A stretch of DNA of 62,984 nucleotides, counting the filler, from Ministeria vibrans ATCC 50519 (taxonomy: Eukaryota; Protista; Filasterea), in NCBI GenBank assembly GCA_943704425.1. It is 5 parts of 5 records of this genome, joined end to end, with 100 filler letters (N's around TTAATTAATTAA, not from the genome) between each part and the next. Parts side by side here need not be neighbours in the genome. Positions count along the whole stretch, not along the records: positions 1 to 31,646 come from CALSCP010001653.1; 4 more parts are not named here. One strand, 5' to 3'. Each line of letters opens with the position of its first letter. Within the stretch, counting starts at the first letter, position 1. Positions 13,580 to 26,979 of this stretch are shown here, piece by piece. The notes under the pieces are model-generated. The model was not told the DNA's origin. It saw only the letters and a list, made by a program, of their open reading frames with translations, and did no database searches. The position numbers and the translations under genes are program-made.

Positions 13580-16500
13580 TTAAATCAATTTTTTCATTTC
13601 GGGACAGTAAACAAAGGGTAAGTGGTAAGCATTGTAGTTGAGAAAGCCAAAGAGAAGACGGTCGGCGGCACTTGCCTGTTGGCTGTGGGCGTAAAAGCGA
13701 CGCAGCTCAGCGTGTTGGGCTGCACTGAGGGACTCGCCCGTGCTTATACTCTCATTGGCATCTGCGTTGGTGTTGCGTGTGTCGCGAATCTCCCGAAGGA
13801 GTGTTGGAAAGCGGTCGTGGAAGATGGCAAGGACGGGAGTGCTGCTCAAGTGAGTATACAGGTCGGGAATGAGACGTTCGTCGAAGCGATCGACGAGACG
13901 ATTCAGCAGGCGTTCCGGAAGACCAATGAGCGCTAAAAGATTTGCGACTGGCAAAGGAGTTGTACGGGTGCAGGTGAGACCCTCAATGAGACCATTTCCA
14001 TCGAGATGGATGGAACACAGGGCAGAGAGGGTGGTGTCCTCGACGTCGCTCGTTTCGGTGGTGAGTGTGCGTGCCTTGTGTGCTGCAATGGGCTGTGGGG
14101 TGCGCACTAGCAAAAACTCTTGTGCGTCTGGCAGAGTCCCACCCATAGCTTTGCCGCACGTGTACTCGGGCGGAGTCACTGTACTCGTGCTTATACTGAA
14201 ATCGGACGTCGAGGCATTGAGCACCCGTGCAATGAGACAGTCGGCAAGTCGTTCGCCCACCTCGACTGAACTGGCCAAGCCATGTGCCCCCGTGTCGCCC
14301 GCACGCAAGCGACGAGGAAACTTGGTGAGTGGACCGGCGGCGAGGACGAGCGGATCATTGGTGCAAAAGGACCACGGGTCGACGACGAGACGGTGGTCGA
14401 AGACGAGCGAGGCATCGTTGGCGGCACGCACGATGTGTGAATCGACTGTGCGATGGGCGAGACACACGAGAGTGGAGCAGGCAAGACGAGTACCGTCGGA
14501 GAGCTCGACGGTGCCCAGAAGCTTATGATCACTGTACAAAGGGCGGTCGTCAGGTAGAAGGGCGAACACAGTGGCGTCTGTCGGACCGACAATGGTCACT
14601 CCCTTGGCCTTGAGTGAGACACATACACGATTGTAGAATGCGCTTGTGCTGAAGCGAGTCCAGGGTGGCGTGCCCTTGGTCGGTTGGTGGCTAAGGACCA
14701 GGACAACCTTGGAGGGCGCAATTCCCATGCTAAGAATAGACTGGACGCAACAAACGGCGTCGAGTGTGTCGCCAAGGACCACAATGGGACGCACAGCGTC
14801 ACGCAGCTGCTGCACCTGTAGCTCGGTGAGTGGTGGTGGCGACAAGACCGTGCCAGGTACTGCACCGTCAACGTGTGGGGAGGCACTGTCACTGCGAATA
14901 GTAGTGCTAACAGTACCGCTGACGACTGAAGCGGAGCTGGGAATACGAACGGGGAGTAGCGGAGAAAGACCATGCAACAAAGGCACTGCTGAGGGGGAAA
15001 TGCAGGCGGGAGAGCGCACAACGCCCGTGGCTAAAATGGGACGCGGGTGTAGAAATGTCTCGAAGAGATGCGTGTGGAGAGCAAGACGATCGGCGTCGGT
15101 GTTTACCGTAAAAATGTGCTGCGCTTTGTAGGTTGTTGTTGTTGCTGTTTTTGATGTGCCGCGCTCGCAGGTATATTGTAGACCGGTGGCGAGCACAAGA
15201 AGATCGAATGGAAGGGAGTCATTGGAAGAGAGAAGCACACGCTGACGACGACGGTCGATGGCGACGAGAGATGAGTTGAAGTGCGCGACAAAGGATCCAA
15301 GTGACAATTGAGCGAGCTGTTGTGCAGTAAAGCAATGTGACAAAGTGCGAAAGGGAGGCAAATTGATGGGGTGCAAGAAGGGCGAGTGGACGGGCGCCAC
15401 AAGAGTGAGGTGGGTGAAGAGCAACATGGGATGGTAGACGAGGGAACGAAGAAGAGCCAGGGTCGTGTCTGAGGCGCCCACGAGCACAATGCGATTATTG
15501 ATGTGAATGCGCGGCTGAGCAAGCGTGTGTGGGCTCATGAGACGCAAGTGAAAGGTGTTCTCTTGAGGGGTGTGTGGGTCCTCAGAGGACAAGGGCATAT
15601 TGCGACGTCCCTCATGTGGGCTTGGGTAGACGATTTGTCTGCGAGGACGAATGGGCAGCGCGTGCAAGCGAGTGAGGGTGTCTGTGTGAGACAAATTTGG
15701 TGGCTTTTGAGAATGTGTATGAGTGCTGACGTTAGACGTGCGGTGGTAGAGACATGTATGGCCCGTGTAGCGCATAAGGAGGGTGAGTACACGCGAGAGT
15801 TGTGCGCTGAAGAGTGGACTGAGCAAAATGTGAACGATTGTGGCGTGTCCACTGGAGTGCTCCCACATCACATAGTCTTCAATGTCGTAGCGTGCGCGCA
15901 GACGCTGTGCCTCGGCGGGTGAGCAGTCGGCGAGCAGGAGTGCGCCAATGAGCAGTGCTGGAGCTGGGGGTGCGTGTGCACTGGCGGAATTGCTGAGAAT
16001 GGCGTATGCGTCGATGCGCGTGCCGGAGGGCCCTGGGATGCGCGCAGTGCCACGCACCGCCCGCTCACTAAGCTTCAGCGCTTCGGTGATTTCCTCTTGC
16101 AGTTTGTCGTTGTTTGGGTGGTGCGTGTTGAAGAGTGACTGCAGGTGTGTGAGGTCTGAGTCGACCAGAGGGCGCACAGAAAGATGGTGGCGCTCAAGGA
16201 GGGAGCGACGGTGAAGAGCGTACAGTTGATGAGAGGAAGACATGCACGTCGCATGATGAGTTGGTGTGTGCGTGCGCAGGGGGACGCGCGTGAAGTAGCG
16301 ACTGAGGGCACACGCGGAAATGTGTGCGGTATGAGGCAGAGAGAGAATGACGAGCGAGGCGGAGGCACTGAGGGCATACTGGGGATCGGTGAGGGCGGTA
16401 TCGAGAAGGTCGACGGAGCGACCGGAGTGCTCGGGGGCGATGCAGAACAGCTGCACGGCAATGACACTTGTGCTGGGACTGTCCTGGGGACTGTCCTGGA

Positions 16501-17504
16501 AGGGCTCGAGATGAAAGGCACTGCGAAGACTGTTCATATTGACGTCGTTGGTGAGTGAGAGAAACCCCACGGCGTGTCGATGATACTCGACTACGAGTGC
16601 AAGGGTATTTTCACCGTCCGCTTCGTCGATGAGATTCGCAAGGAAGAATTCACCAAAGGTTGATTGAAGCACTTCGCTTTGTCTCTCAAAGATGTCCATG
16701 AGATCGTCGTGGTCTTCGACGCGGGCACGACGCACACGCAAGTCCGGGGACACGTGGCGTCGTTCAATGCATACCAATACAAGCGGCGATATCGATGCGG
16801 CAAGCGGTTGCGAGCTGTTGTCGTCGATTCCATCGTCGTCATCGTTGTCGTCCTGATGGTGAGCACAGGGTGGTACGTCAATGAGACCATGTATGTCCAT
16901 GACGTGAGGCAGAGGCGAGCTCGAGTCAAAGTCGACGCAATCGTCGTCATGCGCAGTGTCGGCACGGGGTTTGCTCGCCAGACACAGACTGGCGTCTGGA
17001 AGGGCATCAAAAGCAAATTTGAGCACGTTGAAAAAATCCACCTAAGGTACGACGCGTACGTATACATTGAATAGGGAAACATATGGTATAAGAATTACAT
17101 TATATCATAAGTATAAAGTATAAACGTACCTCCGTGATATGATCGCTGGCAAAAAAGGCTTGCAGGAAAACGGTGCGGTTGGGCTGAAAGAGAAAGCGAC
17201 AAGGTTAGATTTCGCATTGGGCGCTTGTTTCGTGTCGTACAGTTAGCGATGGGAGGATATCGGACGGGAAATCAAATGAACGGAGATAATGAGCCTCCCA
17301 GTGGCGCAACGAGGGGGAGGGAACGGTGGAGAAGACCGCAAGCGCCTGGGGAAGGTCTGTTTCCATGGCGACGACGGTGAGCAGGCTCTGCTCGACTGCG
17401 CTGTGAAGCATTGCCTCTGAGGCAGCGCCAATTGACGAGCACACAAGACTCAAGTTGGCGAGGGTACCGGGCACGTCGCCGTGGTGGCCTTGGCGGATCA
17501 TCAT
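13580..17504 (-). CDS. CFAP61: Cilia- and flagella-associated protein 61 (C20orf26)
   Basis: VRRARVEDHDDLMDIFERQSEVLQSTFGEFFLANLI, INNRIVLVGASDT, LPFDLLVLATGLQY, ANDASLVFDHRLVVD, AAGPLTKF, LLNRLVDRFDERLIPDLY, AIFHDRF and NAYHLP. Two small 5' exons are inferred. Confidence 0.93.
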
Positions 17505-17776
17505 GATTGAAATAAATTGACTTAAAAGTCGAAAGTGTGTTTTGGTGAGTGGCGATCACTCACTTGTGACCGTACTCACCAACAGTCACCGTACTAACTC
17601 GGGTGTAAGTGAGTTGACAGTTGTATCTTCATAGTCCATACTCCATAGGGCGTAGCTACTAGTTAGTAGTACCTAGTACGTTACGCGACTTGATTGAGTT
17701 GATTGAGTCACTTGATAATTGTCAGAATTATACTTTTTTATTGCTACTTAACATATATAGCTTAATCACACTTGAC

Positions 17777-18629
17777 ATGTCTTGGTTCGGCGGCAACTCC
17801 TCGGCAAAGCTCGACGAGCAGCTGTTCAATTTGAAAGTAGGGCTTTTTGCGATTGAAACGATATTCTTTGCTGATGCGCTGTTGGCGTTGCAGTTCAGCT
17901 CAAAGCAGCTGGAGAAGATGGCGAAGAAGTGTGAAAAGGAGCAGGCGGTGCAGAAGCTGAAAATCAAAAAGGTTTGAACTCCGTTTTGTGTTGGGGAAAT
18001 TTTGAGACGAGTTAGCTTTTTTTTTTGTGTGTGTGTGTGTTTTGGTCGAGTTGGGATTTTCTGGTGGGTTTTGTCACGGATGAACGCGTGTGGGATGTAG
18101 GCGATCCAACAAGGCAACACGGACGGGGCACGGATCTACGCTGAGAATGCGATGCGGAAGAAGACAGAGGGCAACAACTTCCTACGGCTGTCGAGCCGAC
18201 TGGACGCAGTGGCGTCACGCATCCAGACGGCGATCACGATGAAGCAGGTTGCCGGCAGCATGGGCAGCTTGGTCAAGGGGCTTGACTCCGCCATGCGGTC
18301 GATGGATTTGGAGAAGGTTGTGAGTGCAAAGAGGGGAATTGTTGTGTCGCTCATGGTCGGTTCTGTGTGTGCACTTTGCAGATTACCATTGTGATGGACA
18401 AGTTTGAGAAGCAGTTTGAAAACATTGACGTGCAAACGGGTGTGATGGAGTCGTCGATGGGTGCAGCAACGAGTTTGTCGACGCCCGAAGATCAGGTGGA
18501 CAGTCTCATTCAACAGGTTGCCGATGAACACGGTCTCGAAGTGGCTGGCATGCTCGACGCAGCACAGGTATCAAGAAGAGAGAGGCGTATTAATCAAATC
18601 AAGAAGAAGGAGATAATTCATTTCAACTG

Positions 18630-18661
<32 letters not shown>

Positions 18662-18764
18662 GGTGTCGACTGAGTCACCCGCGGCCACTGCTGCCTCTAC
18701 CGAGAGAGACGCCGATGCCGACTTGTCTCGCAGACTTGCGCATTTGCGTGCCGATGCCATGTGA
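17777..18764 (+). CDS. CHMP1: ESCRT-III subunit CHMP1 (Did2/Vps46), 5 exons
   Basis: [21 protein letters not shown]...[21 protein letters not shown]...[13 protein letters not shown]...[14 protein letters not shown]...QVADEHGLE, with a C-terminal MIM1 motif ([10 protein letters not shown]). Confidence 0.95.
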
Positions 18765-18950
18765 TTCTTGTGAATCTGTTTGAAGAACTCTCTTCGTGTG
18801 TTTGTACAATAAAGAAAGGTGAAGTGAAAAATTGAGTACAGCTCTCGATTCTCCGTTTATTTTTCTATTATTTTTCTCTTATTCAATAATTTCAATTATT
18901 TTTTCGTGTACAGCACCCCACGGTCCCCTCTCACGCTCCCCACCACGCAC

Positions 18951-21900
18951 ATGGAGTGGACATGCAAGCTATGGGTCCACGAGCAGCAGTACCCGTCTGG
19001 TTCGCGTCTCCGCCGTGCAAACCACTCCGCTCACCCTCTCGCCCTTTCCCTCACCGTCTCGCCCCTCCCCTGCCCGTCTCGCCCCTTCCCTCCCCCCCGC
19101 AGACCTCGTCTTGAACACAGAGACATTCCCGGGCGTCCACGAACTCGATGTGCTTGAGATCTTCAGTCCCGGTCGGCCCAACGTGTAAGTGACCAGTGCA
19201 CCAGAGAGCGTTCTAACCCCACCGCAGACGCGTCATTGTGCAGGTGCCGCTCATCACGCCCACGAACCAGCTCAAGGGCGGCCGCCTGTCGCTCAACAAA
19301 CACCTTGCGGACACCTTCCGCTTGCAGAACCGCGGCGACGTCGTCGTGCGGCAGGTGGATGCCGCCGAGACGACCGTCGACTTTGTCCAGATCCAATTCA
19401 AAGATCAGTACCTTAGTCGACGCGACATGTGGATGTTCAAGGAGAGTCTTTGCAACCAGTGTGCCTTTGTGAAGAAGAAGGTTGCCAACCGAGCTCAGGT
19501 AAGGAACCCAAACCAAAAAAAAGACGAGACGGCAAAACCATTTGTTTAAACTGTTTGTTTGTTGTGCGCCTCAGGTGCGCGAGATGGTTACGCGCGGTCA
19601 GAGTGTCTCCAGCGGTCTCATTGGTCCGCAAACGAGAATAGTCTTCCGCTCGGCGACCGCCGAAATCCTGCTGATGATTCAAGTGTCGTCGGAAATGTGG
19701 GAGTTTGACGCGACCGGCGATCTTTTCTATGAGTTGGCTGTCGACGGATTTCTTGCAAAATTCTTCGATTCGCTGCGACGTCTCGAGTGCAACCACGACA
19801 TTACTGTGGTCATGTTTGCACGGTGCACGCGTCCCGACCCTCATCAGAAGAACGAGGGCACTGCCGCTGCAGCGGTGCTCACAGAGGACCTCTACCGCGT
19901 TGTGGCTCAGACGACCCTGCGCTCGTCCGATCCGCATTCGCTTGTACGCCCCATCAAGCGCCTCTTTGCCAGCTTCACACGTTCTGCGCTACTCGACGGC
20001 GCACGTACCGTCGTACCGGCGCAGCAAAGCTGTTTTCTTGAGGCAATCAATTTGGCACTGAACCACTTTGAGCTGTCGTTCACCGATCGCAATCTGGAGC
20101 GCATTGGACAGTCGATTGTGGTCGTAAGCGCGGGTACGGGCGTGTACGACGTCGACCGCAACCTCACGCACATTACAAAGCGCCGCATGATGGACTCGGG
20201 CATTGGCCTTGAAGTCATCTGCGTGCGCCCCCCTCCCCCTCACATCACCCCACTCATTCGCTTTCGTCCCTCGCCCGACGATCTCTCTGCTGCACGCTCG
20301 CGTCCTCCATACAACATGCCCCACTGGATCCACACTGCTTTCTACACCGAACACGACGCACACCACGACTCCTCCGCCAATGGCGCAACCACTGCTTCCG
20401 CAGCAACAACATCCACCACCACCACCACCACCACCCCCACACCAGTTGAATCATCATCCACTGTGACGCCGTCCAAATCCTCTGCAGCCGCAACAAGCGC
20501 CTCCGTCTCCGCACTCCTCCCCACCCGTACACATCACCAGCGTCGCAAACAACGCTTCACACCGACCCTTCTGACCCCACTCTTGCGCCAACACGCCGCC
20601 AACCCTGCCATGTCGTACCGGCCTCGTCCCCCCATGCCTCTTGTGCTCCTCCCGTCCCCTACGCCGCGCACTTCTTCCTCCTCCATTCTTGCTCCCCTTA
20701 CCTCGCCAGGCCCCTCGTCCGCTCCCGCGGGACCCCCCATCTTTGGCACGAGTGCTCCCGAGTCTTCCTCCGGCAGCTACATGCACGCCAACAAAGGCGC
20801 GTTCCCGTCGAGTGTGGGCGCAGTGACGGGCGCCGCCAGCTTCACGGGCACTGGCAAACACAGCGTGGGCAGTGTCAGCAACATGGCCCATTCAAACCAG
20901 CCGCTGTCGGCCGACAATCTTTACACCATGCACATGTCGCACATTGACCACGATGTGGGTGTGTTTATCTACGAGACAGCCAATGCGTCGGCCGACACCG
21001 CTGAGGTGCGTCGTAAGCAGTCGCTCGATGGGCAATCTCATCCGCAGCAGCGGGCCTCGTCACAACAGTCGGCGTTGGGTGGCGCTGGCGGGTCACCGTC
21101 AAAGCTAGCGATGCGACGACAAGAGCGCATTGGTATGTTGGGGCCCTTTGGGGGCGGCGGAGTCGACTCGAAGCGCACTCGGTCGTTCGTGTCGACGCTG
21201 TCAGGCGAGACGGGCGCTGCCGACGACCAATATTCGCGATCGTACGAAAGTCGCTCACTGCACGACCGTATTAGTATCAAGGATGTGCTGGTGGAAAACC
21301 GCGAGGCGGAGGATGCCGAGGAGAGGAGTGGGGACAGCCGTGCGCTGCGCTGGCTGAGTCGACGTCGACGACGACACCTCAGTATGGACGCAGGTTATCG
21401 AAGGAGAGGGGATGAAGATGACCACGAGGGTGATGATGAGGAGGAGGAGGAGAAGAGATCGCACGGGGAATATGGGTGCGAGGACGAAGGAGAAGAGGAA
21501 GCCGAGGGCGAGGGGGAAGAGGGCGAGGAAAGTGGAGAGGATGCTGACGACGACGGCGAGGGTGAGCTGCAAAAGGTCTGGGCGATTGAACAGCATTTCA
21601 ACACGCGCGACAAGACTGTAGCGCTAAGTAGCACATTGCCCGTGCCCACCACTGTGGTTCCTCCCCAGCCACCTACCATGGCGAGCAACAACAACAAGGA
21701 CTTGGGTGCCGCCTCAAACAACACTGGTGCGCCGCCTGCCTTTTCTATGGCCCCCACGAACACCACCACCACCTCTGCGCCCTTGCCCTTTCTCACCTCG
21801 GCTCGTCACACACGTGCCTCTACCTTAATCAACGCGCCCCAATCTCAACTACAGCATCAACAACAGAGCAGCAGCAGTCGGCAGCCCGAAGAGGACACCG

Positions 21901-22412
21901 AGACACTTCGCGGCGCCTCGTATGGCAGCAGTCCCGAAGTGGCCGTGCTTCATTCAGTGCGTGCCGGTGCGCCCCCCGAAGAACATCTTAGTCGTGCGCC
22001 TGCACTCAATCCGTTTGACCCGCGTGTTGAGGACCGTGACTCGCGACTTACAAGCAACCGTCGCCGCTGGACGCACGTCTTCCCCACTCCCGAAGATGCG
22101 GCGGCTCATGGTGGCTATGCCATTGACTGGCGCTCGCTCTGCACACCTGCCTGTCTGCCCCTCACAACCAACTACTTTCCGACACGCAAGGAACTCGAAC
22201 GTCTCTACAAGGAGGGAGCCTACCAGGTGTCCATCGACGACGACGACGGCTTTACCATTGCAGCCGACGTTGCCTTGCGCGAGCTTATTCTCCAGCGTCT
22301 CGTCCAGGGCTTCCAGATGATCGTCGACAACGACAATCTTGTTGCATTCCAGTCTCTTTCTGCTACCGCACCCAACCCCTCTACTGCCAGTAATTCTACG
22401 ACTAGCACCGCC

Positions 22413-22449
<37 letters not shown>

Positions 22450-24349
22450 TCAACCCCAGCACCGTCAACCCCACCGCATCCACTGTACTTCCCAACTCCT
22501 CTGCGTCGTCGTCCACTTTGCCCACCGCCATGTCTCAGGCAGCTGCTCCCTCTTTTCTCCGCCTCTCATCAGTGCTTCTCGGCGTTGGCTCCGCCTCGCA
22601 CAACAATGAATTCTTCATGTCAATGGGCAAGACATTCCATCGGCTTTCGTTCGATACGGACCGCGCGCAGTCAATCTACGTGACGCGCTTCCTACGCTCC
22701 GACCACAAAGAGCTTCCTCCATCGCCTTACACATACATTCTGCAGTCGAGCGAGACGGACGACGTCCTTTGCACGACAGAAGAGCACAAGAAGAAGAATA
22801 AAAAGGAGGAAGAGGAAGAGGAGGAGAAGGAGCGGGGACACGATGAGAAAGTGTGTGGTGCGGCGCGTCGTGGCGTGGGACTGCACCACGAGGAATGTCG
22901 CTCCGTCTCGTTTGTATCGCCCCCCGAATACGGCTGGAACAACCAGGACATGGTCATGTGTGGCATATTTAACGATATTCGCAGCCGTATCCAGTCGTGG
23001 CGCACGCGCTACGTGCTGGTGCCTCACGCTTACACCGCCGAGCCGACTCTGGCGCAGGAAGAGGCTCGCATGGAGTCCTTTTTGCGCTTCCTCGACATCC
23101 TTAACCGTACCGCACCCGACCTCTCTGTTATCCTCGAGCCATCGGCGCTTTCCTCGTACGACATGGCACCACCGCCCGTCAAGGTAGAGCCTGCTCCGTC
23201 CACCCTCGGCAACCCCGGCACCCGACTCGCTGCATTTGCGGCCGCCATTGGCTTCACTGGCGCCGCCCCCGCGTCGCCACCGCCGCCCTCTCTTCCGCAC
23301 GATGCGCCCATTGACGACGTGGTGTCGGCCATGACCCACCCCAAACATGGCCTACCCTTTGCGCGCGGTCGCTCCCACCCCCACATTGTGCTTGGCTCCG
23401 ACGCCGTCACCTGGGCCCTCAAGCGAATCACCGGTCTTGCCACCATGCCCTCACGCACAGACGCAGTGCGCTTCCTCGACACACTTGTGAGCGAAGGCCG
23501 CCTCCAACGTCTTGTCCCGCGTGCCTCTACTGCCATTCCCAGCCCAACAACAGCGACTGCGACAACACCCTCTCCACCTGCCACCTCCAGCATCACTACG
23601 AGCACGACGACGACATCAACCACATCCGCTGAGCGGGACGCGACAACTCCACCGTCACCCATCTCCTTTGTTGACGGTCCCTTCTTCTACCGTCTTGTAC
23701 TGGCCCTCGACAGCGACACCAGCGACACGCCCTTGCCCCCTCGCCCACTTCGTGCGTCCTGCGAGGCCCGTCTCGACCTGGGCGACGCCCCCGCGACTGT
23801 CCCCATCAAATCGTCGCGCGAATGGATCTCGCTCTTTCACGACGCGACCTACCATCCGCGCGAGTCCTTTTCTCTCTCGCTCTACTGGCTCGTTGCTACT
23901 TCATCCTCTGTCGATACCCTTGTGCAAACATGGTCGCGTCGTGCCCAGTCGTGCGGTCTGCAGCTCTGTCCCGTTCCCTTTGTTGCCCTTGCACGCGACA
24001 CGCGTCCCTTCTTCACGCCGATCCGTCTCCCCGTCCCTTCCTCCGCCAATATTCCCTTGCTGCTGCGCCAACTCGGTTACCTTCTCGACCGGGAGGGGTC
24101 CCTTGAGTCGCCCCAGTATGTTCACTGTTCGGGTCACGCACTCGTGTCCATTGTCGAGAACGGTACGGAGGCACACCACTCATACCAGCGGCTTGCATAA
24201 TAAATCAAATAACTTTCGTTTTTCTGTTTCTCGTAGGCACCACAATTTTGTTTGTGCGCAACTGGTTGTTGACGAACCGATGGCGACTGACAGGCAATGC
24301 GAGTGTGCTTGCAAAGGAACTGCGTGACAAACTCGCACAGGCACACTGA
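18951..24349 (+). CDS. DEPDC5: GATOR1 subunit DEPDC5/Iml1
   Basis: KLWVH, FKDQYLSRRDMW, TRIVFRSATA...IQVSSEMWEFD, FLEAINLALN...DRNLERIGQSIVVVSAG, YNMPHWI, NPFDP, NRRRWTHVFP, DWRSLCTPACLPLTTNYFP, ELILQRLVQGFQ, a DEP-like segment and QYVHCSG. The last exon ends at TGA 24347-24349. Confidence 0.95.
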
Positions 24350-24405
24350 CTTTTCACAACTCTTTTATACATACACTACAATAATATTACGATTGATTGT
24401 ACACC

Positions 24406-24533
24406 AATATAACACAACACCCCTCCCTCCCCTGTTTAGTAGTAGGGGTGAAACCCCGATTGATCAAGACGAATATAGCACAACCCCCCTCTCCTGTTTA
24501 GCAGTAGGGGTGAAACCCCGATTGATCGAGGCG
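24406..24533. repeat. ~62-66 bp imperfect tandem duplication covering the XRCC3 stop region
   Basis: Two adjacent copies of ...CCTGTTTAG(T/C)AGTAGGGGTGAAACCCCGATTGATC... at 24406-24471 and 24472-24533. Confidence 0.85.
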
Positions 24534-25672
24534 CAATTCGATTCGACTGGGAGGCAGGTGAGGCGCAAAGACAACGGAGAAGACACGCGAAGGGTCGCAG
24601 GCGGCGGAGGCGTCTGCAGCGTGGCGATGTCGCCGGGCAATGAGAAAGCGTGCGTGGATAGCATTGGACCAGGTGAGTCCCAGTGCAGGAATGACGCGCG
24701 AAGGACCTTCAAGACGAGTGGTCGCTGCGCTGCCGTCGTTGAAGTGGTCCGATACTTGATTGACAATAACGATGGCAACGTGAAAGAGTTCACAGAGACG
24801 GTGAAGACGTCGCGAAAGCGTGTTGAGCTTGAGAGCCTGTTCGCGTCCGCCGGTGCTCGCACTATTGCCGTCGTTGTACTCGGCACGAAATACAGCGGCA
24901 ACGGAGTCGATGACAATGAGACGAACTGGTCGTGCACTCAGGAGTGCGGGAAGCGAGCGGTCCACCACGTCCAGCAGATCGTCGCTCGTGTCGACACAGG
25001 CCACTAGAACACCATCAGTCAACTGCGATGCCGTGTGCCTTGTCGCTGGGTGTCGTTGTGTCCAGGCCTGAGCCATGTCGGCCAGGCGACGATGCGGAAA
25101 CTTGTCTTCCGTCGCAATGTACACAGCCTCTACAATGGTTGAAAGAGATTACAGATTTTGAACGTATGCTATAGCAAAAGTCGAACCTCCTTCGAGTCCT
25201 CCGAGGCCGAGCGGTCGCTGAACAGACAGACACAGTTGCAGACACAGTTGGCTTTTGCCCGATGCACTTTCGCCGACAATCTCCGAGATGCCCGGCAGCA
25301 AGAAGCCTCCTTGCAGAGCCGCGTCAAGCTCAGCACACCCAGTGTCAAGCCGCTGTCGGCAGGAGTGCGTGTCGAGTCGCATTGCCTGGACGGTGGAGGG
25401 CGTACGGGCGTAGACAGCAACGGCTGCAGCGCGTAGCAACGCAGCGGCGTTGACTGTCGCAGGCGCCACCCGCTTCTGCAGCTCGGCAGCGGAGCAGCAT
25501 AGAATCTTGTGCGGTAGATCGAGCCCATCTGGAAGAGGGGGTGTCAGAAGGGCTGGTCAGCGCAGAGACGCGACGTACGCTGTGCGAGAAGAAGACGCGC
25601 TTGCGACGAGACGGGGGCCGTGGCCAGAAACCCGTCTTCGTCGCTCGACGACGCCACTGTCGAGTCTGTCAT
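24498..25672 (-). CDS. XRCC3: RAD51 paralog XRCC3, 3 exons
   Basis: LDTGCAELDAALQGG...ISEIVGESASGKSQLCLQLCLSVQRPLGLGGLEGG, YIATEDKFPHRRL, Walker B LIVIDSVAAVFRAEY, IVNQVSD, IPALGLTWSN and VFAPHLP. Confidence 0.93.
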
Positions 25673-25801
25673 GTGTACAAGCAAAAACAAACCGAGCCAA
25701 GCTGGAATGTGTGTGTGGACGCTGTAAGTTTAATCAAGAAGGAGAAAAGTTGTGATCATTGTGTGAGCATTCAAAAATCAAAATTATTTTTTGTTTTCAT
25801 T

Positions 25802-26877
25802 ATGCGCAACTTACTTGTGATAGGTGTGGCTGCGCTGGCTCTGTGCGATCAAGGACGCGCCCACTGGCTTTCGCAGATTGCGCCTGCAAGCGTGCCTGGC
25901 GCTGATTTTGTCGACTCCATTGACACGGTTGCATTTTCGTCTGCGGCGCAACCTCTGATGCACCGGCACCTTGTGGGCACGTCGTCGCTGTCCAGGCCGT
26001 ACTCGGCGTGGCTTGCCGTTGCCCATCCGTCGCACTTCCACTTTGCGCTGCCCCGCGACCGGTGCGGCCTGCGTCAGCTGACGACGGTCACGTCCGCACA
26101 CCACCGCTGCAAATACGCCACCAACGGCGCCTTTTTCGACATGGACCAGGGCAATTGCATTGGGAACATGATTACCAATGGAACGGTTGCGCAGGCGTCG
26201 TCGACGAGCGCCGTTCTCTTTGGACTGTCCGCTTCGACGCACAACTTCGCGCTGGGCTACCTTGCCGATGTACACGCCTCTCCTGCCCCGCTCAGCGATG
26301 CCCTCAACGGCCGAGGTTGGCTGGTGCGCAATGGAACAAGCTATCTGAAGGAGAGCGCAAGCATCGAAGGGATTTCGTCGTCGTTTATTCTCGAGGAGGT
26401 GAGGAGGTGTCAACATCAGTCATGTGTACCCTAACCCTAAGATAATAATAATAATAATTATTATTATTATTATTATGTTTCACATGGATGTATCAGTGGG
26501 TTGGTAGACTTGGGGGTTGGGACATTCCCACCTCAAAGTCTACGACGGCAGTATTGTACCGCTCTTGCTTTGGCATTGATTACTCTTGTTTTTTGTGTGT
26601 CTATTCTATGTAGGCACCTCGCACAGCAGTGGGCATTTTCAGGAATGGAACAATATTCCTGGTAGAGGTGGATGGACAGGAGAACATTAAGACGGGCATG
26701 GACTTGAACGAACTGACGGCCTTGTGTCTATCGCTCGAGGCGCTGCACTGTGTTAATCTCGACGGAGGCGGTTCCTCCGTGAGCACTCTCGACTCGAAGG
26801 TCATTTCGTACCCGACATGCCAGGATACGTCAACAAAGTGCGAGAGGGCCGTCTCGTCCATCACGTGTATTGTTTGA
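25802..26877 (+). CDS. NAGPA: NAGPA/phosphodiester glycosidase (uncovering-enzyme-like), secreted, 2 exons
   Basis: Signal peptide MRNLLVIGVAALALC; CKYATNGAFF...CIGNMI, GWLVRNG, APRTAVG, LVEVDGQ, GMDLNEL, NLDGGGSS and CERAVSSITC. Confidence 0.88.
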
Positions 26878-26899
26878 AGAAAGAGCCAATGCTATGTGC

Positions 26900-26946
<47 letters not shown>

Positions 26947-26979
26947 TATCAACAAAATATCAAATTTTACAATGTTTTA

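Noticed and set aside
24445-24520. GGGGTGAAACCCC hairpin as a terminator or REP element
   Set aside because: The context is eukaryotic. One copy is XRCC3 coding sequence (GFHP) and the other is its duplicate.
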